Shown: positions 1-7,767 of the stretch, piece by piece | How the letters are laid out: every line of letters starts with the position of its first letter | Numbering within the stretch: the first letter of the stretch is position 1 | NCBI GenBank assembly: GCA_050294405.1 | Contig: JBNKOC010000012.1 | Span: 416,001-480,000 of the forward strand | Length of the DNA stretch: 64,000 nucleotides | Source: Fibrobacteria bacterium | Lineage (GTDB): Bacteria; Fibrobacterota; Fibrobacteria; UBA11236; JADFYW01 | Direction: 5' to 3' | Program-made: the position numbers and the translations under genes | Notes under the pieces: generated by a model | Seen by the model: only the letters and a program-made list of their open reading frames with translations | What the model was told of the DNA's origin: nothing | The model's database searches: none

Positions 1-1
1 G

Positions 2-337
2 GGAAGTGCAAGGCTTGAAGCTAAAGAAGCTAATTTCAAATATCAATCCCTCTATAAAGGTGGGCAGTGGCATGTTATATACCGTCTTCCAAAAGAAATG
101 AGCAATGGATATAAAATGCTGGAGGGGGAATTTGTGCCTTTGGAAGTTTTTTTGTGGGATGGTTTGGCTGAGGAGCGTGGCATAAAAACCGGTCTTTCCA
201 TGTGGAAATCCTTGTATTTAAAGCCACTTGAGCAAAAATCCGCATTTTGGCCAGCTGTTAAAATCGCTCTGATGGTGCTGGTATTAGAGCTGATTTTGAT
301 TTTTTGGGTGCGGCTTAAAGTGCGCAAAAAGACCTGA
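2..337 (+). CDS. 5'-truncated membrane-anchored protein with EB_dh/DOMON-like heme-b domain C-terminus (ethylbenzene dehydrogenase gamma / DMSO-reductase type II heme subunit-like)
   Basis: Frame is open from base 2 (GSARLEAKEANFKYQSLYKGGQWHVIYRLP...). Motifs Y-x-G-G-x-W-x-V-x-x-R and FLWDGLAEERG...SMW resemble the EB_dh C-terminus. C-terminal TM helix followed by basic residues. Confidence 0.55.
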   Translation, partial: GSARLEAKEANFKYQSLYKGGQWHVIYRLPKEMSNGYKMLEGEFVPLEVFLWDGLAEERGIKTGLSMWKSLYLKPLEQKSAFWPAVKIALMVLVLELILIFWVRLKVRKKT

Positions 338-341
338 GTAA

Positions 342-388
342 CTGTCAAACTGACAGATAGTTTGACTATTTGACACTTTGTTGTCAAA
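342..388. promoter_or_regulatory. Clustered inverted repeats, putative activator/operator sites
   Basis: CTGTCA-aac-TGACAG at 342-356 and TTTGACA-ctttgt-TGTCAAA at 369-388. Confidence 0.5.
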
Positions 389-439
389 AATACACAGGGT
401 AAGTAGCCAATAAATGCAAATTTTCCACTTTGAAGGCAA

Positions 440-455
440 TGGTATAAAAATTGAT
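440..455 (+). promoter_or_regulatory. Possible sigma54 (-24/-12) promoter variant
   Basis: TGGTATAAAAATTGAT is GG-N10-GA versus consensus GG-N10-GC. It lies about 35 bp before the ATG, with palindromes upstream. Confidence 0.35.
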
Positions 456-488
456 TTAAAAAATAGTAGGAATTGAACTAATGGATCT

Positions 489-1760
489 ATGGTAGTACAG
501 ACCCAATATATACCCTACTTAATTGCCGTCAATTTAACTAAGCGCTGCAATTTAGCCTGTTCTCATTGTTATATGGACGCAGAACAGCGCATAGCCATTA
601 ATGATAGGGAATTAAAACCTTTCGAGCTGAAAGATTTTTTTAATGAACTTTCCAGGCGAGCGCCTGGCACCATTGTGGTCCTAACTGGTGGGGAGCCCTT
701 AATGTACCCCGACCTTTTAGATTTAATTTCCCATTGCAGTAAGCTGGGGCTAAGGCCAGTTGTTGGAACAAATGGGCTGCTGTTACATGAAAAAAAGGTT
801 ATTGAGCTAAAAGCCGCCGGTTTACATGGTGTTGGAGTGAGCCTGGATGGAAGTACCCCTAAAGTGCATGATGATTTTCGGGGAATGCCGGGTTCTTTTA
901 ATAAGGTTTGTGAAAATATTAAAAGCTGCGTTAAGCAGGGGCTACATGTTCAGATACATTATACCATACATGAAAAAAACAAACATGAATGGGAGAAGTC
1001 TATAGGTTTGGCCAAATCATTAGGGGCCTCTATTTTAAACTTCTTCTTTCTTGTATGCGTGGGCAGAGGAAGCTCTGTCCAGGATTTATCTCCGGAAGAA
1101 TATGAAAAAAGCCTTAATAAAATTGCCGATTATCAGAAAAGCGAAAAAACAATAATGATTCAAGCGCGTTGTGCGCCTCATTTTAAAAGAATCTTGTATG
1201 AGAAAAACCCCATGTCGGAGTACACCAGGGCTACAGGTTATGATGGCGGTGGTTGTCCGGCGGCAACCCATTATGCCCGTATTGCACCTGATGGCGAAGT
1301 AACCCCCTGTCCATACATGGAAATATCCGCTGGAAATTTACGTGAAAAAAGTTTTTGGGATATATGGGACAACGCCCCTTTGTTTAAATCCATGCGTAAC
1401 ACGGATTTAATTTTAGGAAAATGCGGTAAATGTGAATTCAAAGAATTATGCGGAGGATGCAGAGCCCGCAGTCTGGCTCAGCTAAATAACTTAATGGAAG
1501 CCGACCCAAGCTGTATTTATGAGCCAAAGGGCGGTAAGTTAATTGCTTCTCAGATAGAGGAGGTGCCGGGTGATAAAACTCTTGAGTTGTGGACTGAGGA
1601 AGCTGAACAACGGCTCGCCAGGATACCTTTGTTTTTGAGAAAGCGGGTTAAAAAAGCTCTGGAAGAAAAAGCCAGGGCTCAACATTGCCAAATTACTGCT
1701 GACTTTATGCGCGAGCATAAAAAGCAGCGGGAAACGGAAATGGGAATAAAGTTTAAATAG
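489..1760 (+). CDS. Radical SAM/SPASM protein (NirJ/AhbC/AhbD-like) with C-terminal PCP_red-like domain
   Basis: CNLACSHC, TGGEP, SPASM cysteines (CPAA...PCPY, CGKCEFKELCGGCRAR...DPSC). C-terminal WTEEAEQRLARIPLFLRKRVKKALE. Confidence 0.85.
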   Translation: MVVQTQYIPYLIAVNLTKRCNLACSHCYMDAEQRIAINDRELKPFELKDFFNELSRRAPGTIVVLTGGEPLMYPDLLDLISHCSKLGLRPVVGTNGLLLHEKKVIELKAAGLHGVGVSLDGSTPKVHDDFRGMPGSFNKVCENIKSCVKQGLHVQIHYTIHEKNKHEWEKSIGLAKSLGASILNFFFLVCVGRGSSVQDLSPEEYEKSLNKIADYQKSEKTIMIQARCAPHFKRILYEKNPMSEYTRATGYDGGGCPAATHYARIAPDGEVTPCPYMEISAGNLREKSFWDIWDNAPLFKSMRNTDLILGKCGKCEFKELCGGCRARSLAQLNNLMEADPSCIYEPKGGKLIASQIEEVPGDKTLELWTEEAEQRLARIPLFLRKRVKKALEEKARAQHCQITADFMREHKKQRETEMGIKFK

Positions 1761-1771
1761 GGGGAAATAAT

Positions 1772-4700
1772 ATGAATAACAACAGTGCTGCCGTATTATC
1801 TAGCTTGGAAAATCAGGAGTTGTCCAAATTTTCCATTGCGAAGGATGAGGCTACTGTGTCCTTTGAAGGGAATGTGCAGACTTTCCCCTTGATGGAATTG
1901 CCTGAAAAATATTTTAGCTGGATAAATAACGGCAGAAAGCAAATGTATGATAAGATAGTGAAAAACACAGCTGGGCACGGATTTTTCGCATCTCATTTGC
2001 CCGTGGTTACCACATTTTCCAAATCAAAGCTTTTTCCCTTTAACTCTTCCAACAAAGGTGTGGGCTTTATTCCCAAACCTGAATATTTACAGGAATACAT
2101 TGATTTGTTTCGCACCACTATGGAGAATACCAAGGGTATTCCCTGGGAAGAATCTTTACATAAAAGGATAGAATGCGTTTCTCAGTTTTATTTTAATGAA
2201 GATAAGATTGATAAAAGAGTGTTAAGTACCCTGGAAATTTTTGAGAAACAAACTTTTAAGAATCTGAATGAAACTCCCAAGGCAGCTATTCATTACACCG
2301 GCAATGCACCGGATTATATTTCCTTCCAATTAAATGCAGCAGTGGAAATTATCGGCCCTGAAGACCCCAGGCACGAATTTATCAAACTGGCCAGAACTAT
2401 GTTTGAATACAATAGCTTTCATATATATCAACATAATTTTCCCTATGCGTATTTGTTTTGGATTTCTGAGTTGGTGGATAAAACCCCTTACAGAGTCCCC
2501 CAAAAAAATAAGAAGGTTGTTAATATCAAAAGCGCAGGAGGGTTAAACTGGTCTCCGGAAGCTTCGGAATCTATCAACAGAGCCCCGGGCATGATACGTC
2601 AGTTTATCCGCCAACAAATTGAAAAATACGCCACAGACAGGGGCTATACTGAGATTACCTTGGATTTTGTTCGAGAGGCTCGTGAGGTTTTAGAACGAAA
2701 TTACGATGAAAAAGAAAAAAAAGTCAAAAAGCAAAATAACGAAGATTATAAGCATATATATGTTGCTTTAGACAGTTCAGAGCTGGCCAATGAAGGCGTG
2801 GATATTGCGATTTCCTTAGGAGAAAAAATGCAATCCCAACTTTCCGGTTCCCATGTATATGCTGCAAAGATGCATGATATGCGCTTTAGGAGCATGGAAG
2901 GGGGGCTTCCCGAAGAATTTCAAAAAGAAAAAGAATTAAACCGCCAGAGAAAAATTCACGATTCCTTGATTACAAAAGGTTTGGAATTGATCACGGACTC
3001 ATATATCAATGTGATGCAGCAAAAAGCTGAAAAAGCCCAGTTGAAGTTTAACGGCGTTTCCCTTGAAGGAAGAAACTGGGAAATGCTGGTAAAAGATATT
3101 GAAGAGCATGACTATGATTTGGTGGTTATGGGCGGACATGGTGTGGGCCGGGTTTCTAATTCCCAATTGGGAAGTGTGACTCAAAGGGTCATGCGAAGGA
3201 TAAAACGGGATCTGCTTATTGTTAAGAAAAAAGAATCGGAGAATTTATCGGACCTGATTTTGGTTTGTATAGACGGCTCCGAGAGAAGCTGGGGCGCCTT
3301 GAAAAGAGGCATTCGTTTTGCCAAAAGCCACAATAAAAAATTGAAAGTGGTTTCGGTTTTTGATCCCTACTTTCACTATGTTATGTTTAACAGCCTTAAT
3401 AAAACCCTGACAGAGAAAGCCAGAAAGGTTTTTAAATTTGAAGAACAGGAAAAACTCCATGAAGAAATTATTGATTCAGGTTTGGCGAAAATATACCAAT
3501 CTCATCTAAACATCGCTGCTAAAATTGCGGAAGAAGAAGGAGTTGAAATTGCAACTCAGCTTTTGGATGGCAAGCCATTTGAAAAAATTCTGGCCGAAAT
3601 TAATAATCTTAAACCCTGGCTGACTATAATTGGCCGCATAGGTTATCATAGTGATGAATCCATGGATATGGGCAGCAACACGGATAACGTGGCCCGATTA
3701 GGGGATAGTAACATATTAATAGTAGAAACTAAGGACAAACCTTCGGTGCAACAACAGGCTGAAGAAACCATTACCTGGACCAAAGAAGCCACGGCCTTTA
3801 TGGAAAAAGTGCCTGTGATGGCAAGGGCGGTAGCCACGAAATCCATACAAAATTATTGCATTGCCGAAGGCCATACTGTGGTGACAGAATCCATTTTGTT
3901 GCAAGCAGTAAAGCAAATCCTTCCAGAGGAGGCACTGGTAAGAATGGGAATAATAGAATCCCAAAAAACCGAAGAAGAAAACCTGGATAAAATTGCTCTT
4001 AGTTATAAATGCTCAACCTGTGGCCATATACATCATGGCAATCGCCCTGCCAGTTGCCCTATATGTGGAGGAGAAGGGGCCAAGTTTTTACTAATTGAAT
4101 CGGATACTGTATCCAATGGCCAGACCTTAAAAGTCATGGGAGACAGGGAATTGATTTGGGAAAAAGCGGCTTTGGACTTGCTTAACCAGTTGCCAAATGA
4201 ATTGGATAGGGAACAAATAAAAAGCAAGTTGGAAAAACAAGCCTTAACCAAACATCAAAAAAATATAGGCCTCAAAATTGTGGAAGAGGAAATAAAAGCC
4301 CGCGGCCTTGTTGTGACCCCGCCAAAACAAGATGTTATATGGCTGGATGAGGCCATAGCCCGAGTTAATAGAGTTCCCGAAGGCTTTATGAGAAAAGCGG
4401 CCATGCAGACTGTTGTGGATTATGCCAAAGAGGCTGGCTTAAATGAGATTAACCTGGAAGTTGCAGAAGCGGGATTGGGAAAGGCCCGGGAGAAAATGAT
4501 GGGGGGAATGGCTTCTGGCGCAGGACACCCGTCATCTATTCAAACACCGGCCGCAGATGTTGCGTACAAATGCGGTTTATGCGGTCTGGCTTTTAAGGAA
4601 AACCCTCCTTCGAATTGCCCTTCTTGTAATGATACAAACATGGAAAAACTGGAGGGAGAAGACGCCCAATCTCTTACGGAAAACGATTTTGTCTCTTTAA

Positions 4701-5062
4701 AATGGGATGCTGCCGCGAAGGAGAAGTTAAGTCAAGTTCCAGAGGGAATTGTGCGGAATATGACCAAAGGCCGGGCAGAACATTGGGCTCGAAAACATGG
4801 GGAGAAAATAGTCACTAAAAAAGTTCTTGAGGACAAGTATTCCAGTTGGGCTCACGGGGCATCCTCTGTGGATTTAAACATGCCTTGGAATGAAGAAGCC
4901 ACTCAAAGAGGGAATAAAATTCCCGAATTTATTCGGCCCATGGTAAAAAAAGAAATAGAGCGCCAAGCTGTTAAAATGAACAAAAGCATTGTAGACAGTG
5001 ATGTTATTAATGAAGTTATGAAAAACTGGGAAGGACATAACGGGTTTCATCATGGCCAGTAA
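1772..5062 (+). CDS. Multidomain protein: split-barrel (PNPOx-like) + 2 universal stress (USP) domains + 2 rubredoxin-like domains + 6 PCP_red-like repeats
   Basis: USP motifs IYVALDSS...DLVVMGGHG...LGSVTQRVMR and ILVCIDGS...IIGRIG...MGSNTDNVAR. CSTC..CPIC and CGLC..CPSC. Six W-x-x-[EA]-A...P...R repeats. Confidence 0.8.
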   Translation: MNNNSAAVLSSLENQELSKFSIAKDEATVSFEGNVQTFPLMELPEKYFSWINNGRKQMYDKIVKNTAGHGFFASHLPVVTTFSKSKLFPFNSSNKGVGFIPKPEYLQEYIDLFRTTMENTKGIPWEESLHKRIECVSQFYFNEDKIDKRVLSTLEIFEKQTFKNLNETPKAAIHYTGNAPDYISFQLNAAVEIIGPEDPRHEFIKLARTMFEYNSFHIYQHNFPYAYLFWISELVDKTPYRVPQKNKKVVNIKSAGGLNWSPEASESINRAPGMIRQFIRQQIEKYATDRGYTEITLDFVREAREVLERNYDEKEKKVKKQNNEDYKHIYVALDSSELANEGVDIAISLGEKMQSQLSGSHVYAAKMHDMRFRSMEGGLPEEFQKEKELNRQRKIHDSLITKGLELITDSYINVMQQKAEKAQLKFNGVSLEGRNWEMLVKDIEEHDYDLVVMGGHGVGRVSNSQLGSVTQRVMRRIKRDLLIVKKKESENLSDLILVCIDGSERSWGALKRGIRFAKSHNKKLKVVSVFDPYFHYVMFNSLNKTLTEKARKVFKFEEQEKLHEEIIDSGLAKIYQSHLNIAAKIAEEEGVEIATQLLDGKPFEKILAEINNLKPWLTIIGRIGYHSDESMDMGSNTDNVARLGDSNILIVETKDKPSVQQQAEETITWTKEATAFMEKVPVMARAVATKSIQNYCIAEGHTVVTESILLQAVKQILPEEALVRMGIIESQKTEEENLDKIALSYKCSTCGHIHHGNRPASCPICGGEGAKFLLIESDTVSNGQTLKVMGDRELIWEKAALDLLNQLPNELDREQIKSKLEKQALTKHQKNIGLKIVEEEIKARGLVVTPPKQDVIWLDEAIARVNRVPEGFMRKAAMQTVVDYAKEAGLNEINLEVAEAGLGKAREKMMGGMASGAGHPSSIQTPAADVAYKCGLCGLAFKENPPSNCPSCNDTNMEKLEGEDAQSLTENDFVSLKWDAAAKEKLSQVPEGIVRNMTKGRAEHWARKHGEKIVTKKVLEDKYSSWAHGASSVDLNMPWNEEATQRGNKIPEFIRPMVKKEIERQAVKMNKSIVDSDVINEVMKNWEGHNGFHHGQ

Positions 5063-5843
5063 TAAATCCAAATGGAAGATAAACCTTTTGCCCCGGGAAA
5101 AGGGGGGGTGGGGAGTAGTTGGTGAACCCGTACTTTTGGGCTTGGTGGCGGCTTTTTCCGTTCCGGGAATGTTAGTAGGGGTAGCTGCTTTTGCTTCTTT
5201 GCTGGCCAGACAACCTGCCTATCGGCTCCTTCAAAATTACAAAAACCCTCAAAAAAGCATTGCCCCTCAAATTATGTGGCTTGTTTTGCTGTGGACTTTT
5301 TTATTTGCTTGCCTTGGTATTGCCTGGATGTTAAACGGCTTTCAGGGGTATTTTTTAGTGCCTATGTTTATAGCCCTCATTCCCAGCTTTTGGCAGCTCA
5401 AGTCAGACATAACGGGAGATAAGAGAAATATTAACAGGGAAATGCTTTCAAGTTGCCTTCCCGGCAGCTTCGCCACATCTATTGCCTTGTTGGGGTCGCT
5501 CAATGTTAATACGGCCTGGATGTTATGGGTGCTGGTGAGCGCCAGAACAGTTCCCACTATTTTATATGTTAAGGGAAGGGTGGATTTGTCCCATAAAAAG
5601 CAAGCCCCGGAAGTAAAAATATTAGCCGTGCAATTTACAGCCTTGTTTTTAACAGGTGTTTTAGCTCTAAAAGGATTTATTCCTGAGTTGTGTCTGTTGG
5701 TTATTGCTGTATACAGTCTGCGTGCTGTTTTGGGACTTCGTTATCCCAGACCAGAAACAAGTATCAAAAGACTGGGCTATGCGGAATTGGTGTTGGGGAT
5801 TGCAGGAAGTCTTGTTATGGGAATTTCCATTGCTCAGATCTAA
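5052..5843 (+). CDS. YwiC-like polytopic membrane protein
   Basis: N-terminal LPREKGGW (family motif P-x-E-H-G-x-W), LYVK motif, C-terminal IKRLGYAE, multiple TM segments. Overlaps the upstream stop codon. Confidence 0.75.
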   Translation: MASNKSKWKINLLPREKGGWGVVGEPVLLGLVAAFSVPGMLVGVAAFASLLARQPAYRLLQNYKNPQKSIAPQIMWLVLLWTFLFACLGIAWMLNGFQGYFLVPMFIALIPSFWQLKSDITGDKRNINREMLSSCLPGSFATSIALLGSLNVNTAWMLWVLVSARTVPTILYVKGRVDLSHKKQAPEVKILAVQFTALFLTGVLALKGFIPELCLLVIAVYSLRAVLGLRYPRPETSIKRLGYAELVLGIAGSLVMGISIAQI

Positions 5844-6094
5844 AAGCTAAAAAAACTCAATATTTTAAGCCAGATACCACCATCCTCCTTGAGAATATAA
5901 GGAGAAAATTTAATCTTTGCTGGTCGTTTTAGCATTTTATTGCTAACAAAACTAGATCTTTGAAAATATTCTACCAGAGGAAAAAAACTCCCAAAGTTAT
6001 TTCCATTTTCTCCATTATAACCCTGTGTTATATGGAGTTTGGGTATATATTTTTACTGCCGAGTTAAAATTTAATTCAATAATGAGGAGGAATC

Positions 6095-6919
6095 GTGAAT
6101 AAAATTATCTGCTTGCTGGCCGCACTAGTAATGTCCCCTGCAATTTGGTCAAATCCAAAAAAAGCTCCAGCCGAACAGAAAAAAATAGAAGCCCCTAAAA
6201 AGGTTAAAATCCTGGGTGGACCTATTGTGGCGTTGGACAAGGCCAAAAACATCATTACCATTGAAAGAAATGGCAATAAATATCCTGTTCAATTGGGAAA
6301 AGAAACTTCCATGAGAGCCGGAAAGGAATCTATCACTACCGATAAACTTTCCGTTGGTGATAGAGTAAATGTGAATTATACCAAATCAGGAAATACCAGA
6401 AATGCTATTTCTTTGGACAGGTATTACTCCACAGCAGCAAAAGACACAAAAGCGCCTGCAGCACAAGCTTCCAAGAAGGAAAAACCCGCTGCGGACAAAA
6501 CCGCACAAAAGCCTTCTCCTAAAGCTGCTCCAGTAGCTGAAAAAAAAGCAGAAAAGAAGCCCGCTATGGCTGAAGTAAAAGCCCCAAAGGCCTCTGATAA
6601 GAGCGCTTCAAAAGCTAAAGAAGAAACCTCTAAAGAAACAGCTAAAGCTCCTGCTCCTAAAAAAGTAGAGGAAAAAGCTGCTGTCGCTCCGGCTAAAACA
6701 GACGCTGCGAAGGAGGAGAAAACTGCTGAGAAAAAAGCAGAAAAGGCCGAAAAGTCAGCTGCGAAAGAAGTAAAAACAACTGTAAAAGAAGCCAAGAAAA
6801 TGGAAAAAGCTGCAGTTAAAGAAGCTAAGAAAGAAACTAAAGCTGCCGAAAAACAAGCTGAAAAAGCTAAAAAGGTGGACGAAAAATCAGTTCAAGAAGT
6901 CACTTCTAAAGAAGACTGA
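6095..6919 (+). CDS. Exported protein: small OB-fold (DUF5666-like) domain plus Lys/Ala/Glu-rich low-complexity tail
   Basis: GAGGAGG RBS before GTG, signal peptide, GPIVALD...ITI...LSVGDRVNVNY, about 160 aa K/A/E-rich tail. Confidence 0.7.
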   Translation: MNKIICLLAALVMSPAIWSNPKKAPAEQKKIEAPKKVKILGGPIVALDKAKNIITIERNGNKYPVQLGKETSMRAGKESITTDKLSVGDRVNVNYTKSGNTRNAISLDRYYSTAAKDTKAPAAQASKKEKPAADKTAQKPSPKAAPVAEKKAEKKPAMAEVKAPKASDKSASKAKEETSKETAKAPAPKKVEEKAAVAPAKTDAAKEEKTAEKKAEKAEKSAAKEVKTTVKEAKKMEKAAVKEAKKETKAAEKQAEKAKKVDEKSVQEVTSKED

Positions 6920-6943
6920 TTTTTAACAATAACTAGGTAAATG

Positions 6944-7657
6944 CTAAGGCCCCCACTTAGGGGCCTTTTTTTTATTTTTGGTTGGCTGCTCAAAATAAAA
7001 TGTATACATGATTATCCAACGGGCTGCTTTCTTGGAGCTACCGGGCTTTACCTGTAATGGGCTGGTGTAATGCCAAAATGGTAGGCGATATACATTAAGA
7101 CCCGCAAAATGATTTAAACTGTAAAACTTGTTTAAATGCCCTCTGTCTTCATGCACAAGCATTTGGTATTCCACATCTGCGTGATTAACATAATAGTGAA
7201 AATCCACATAGCCATTTTTCATATGGGGCAGTTCAGGGTGGTGATCGTTGTGGGGGCCAAAATAATCTCCCTCAAAATAGCTCACAATTTGTTTGCCTAC
7301 TTCCTTTCTAAACTTGCATTGGAAAAGTTTTTCGCAAACTTTGCGGGCTAGCTGGGGAGAAACGAGCTGTTCCAATTGATATGAATTCCAAAGGGCTTCG
7401 TGCTTGGAGTTTTCAATTCTAAAGGTTTTTACCCGCATTACCTTATGGATTTTTTCCCCGTAGTTTAGCTTTTGGTTTTTGGTTAGCTTCGGATGGATTT
7501 TGGTTTCCAAGGGCCGCAAATTGGACTTAACTTTGTGTTCCATGATGGATAGCACGCGGGATGCTGTTTGGGGATCTAGAATATTAGCTGGAATAACATT
7601 AAAATTCCCGGATGGCTTTATACGGGAAAGGGCTTCTCCTACAGGGATGTTAAACAT
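6944..7657 (-). CDS. Putative 2OG-Fe(II) oxygenase family protein
   Basis: YFEGDYFGPHND (HxD), distal WH and downstream R. Confidence 0.6.
   Translation of the reverse strand: MFNIPVGEALSRIKPSGNFNVIPANILDPQTASRVLSIMEHKVKSNLRPLETKIHPKLTKNQKLNYGEKIHKVMRVKTFRIENSKHEALWNSYQLEQLVSPQLARKVCEKLFQCKFRKEVGKQIVSYFEGDYFGPHNDHHPELPHMKNGYVDFHYYVNHADVEYQMLVHEDRGHLNKFYSLNHFAGLNVYRLPFWHYTSPLQVKPGSSKKAARWIIMYTFYFEQPTKNKKKAPKWGP
6946..6979 (+). terminator. Rho-independent terminator
   Basis: AAGGCCCC-cactta-GGGGCCTT followed by a T tract. Confidence 0.75.
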
Positions 7658-7716
7658 GCCTACAATTTAGCTTTTTTCTGCAATCAAAGAGACTTTTGCG
7701 CTTGTATTGAACCATA

Positions 7717-7749
7717 CAAAAAAAGCCCTGAGGTTATCAGGGCTTTTTG
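7717..7749 (-). terminator. Rho-independent (bidirectional-type) terminator after PFOR
   Basis: AAAAAGCCCTGA-ggtta-TCAGGGCTTTTT. Confidence 0.85.
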
Positions 7750-7767
7750 ACTAATCAAATAGAGAGC

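Noticed and set aside
489..1760. RiPP precursor peptide for the SPASM enzyme
   Set aside because: No short ORF with an RBS or an RRE domain is nearby. The upstream ORF is the tail of a larger protein.
1590..5062. Photosynthesis/chlorophyll pathway implied by the PCP_red domains
   Set aside because: No BchL/N/B catalytic domains are present. Only the small C-terminal module occurs.
6424..6795. Antisense Ala/Phe/Ser-rich ORF
   Set aside because: It is a shadow of the low-complexity K/A/E coding strand.
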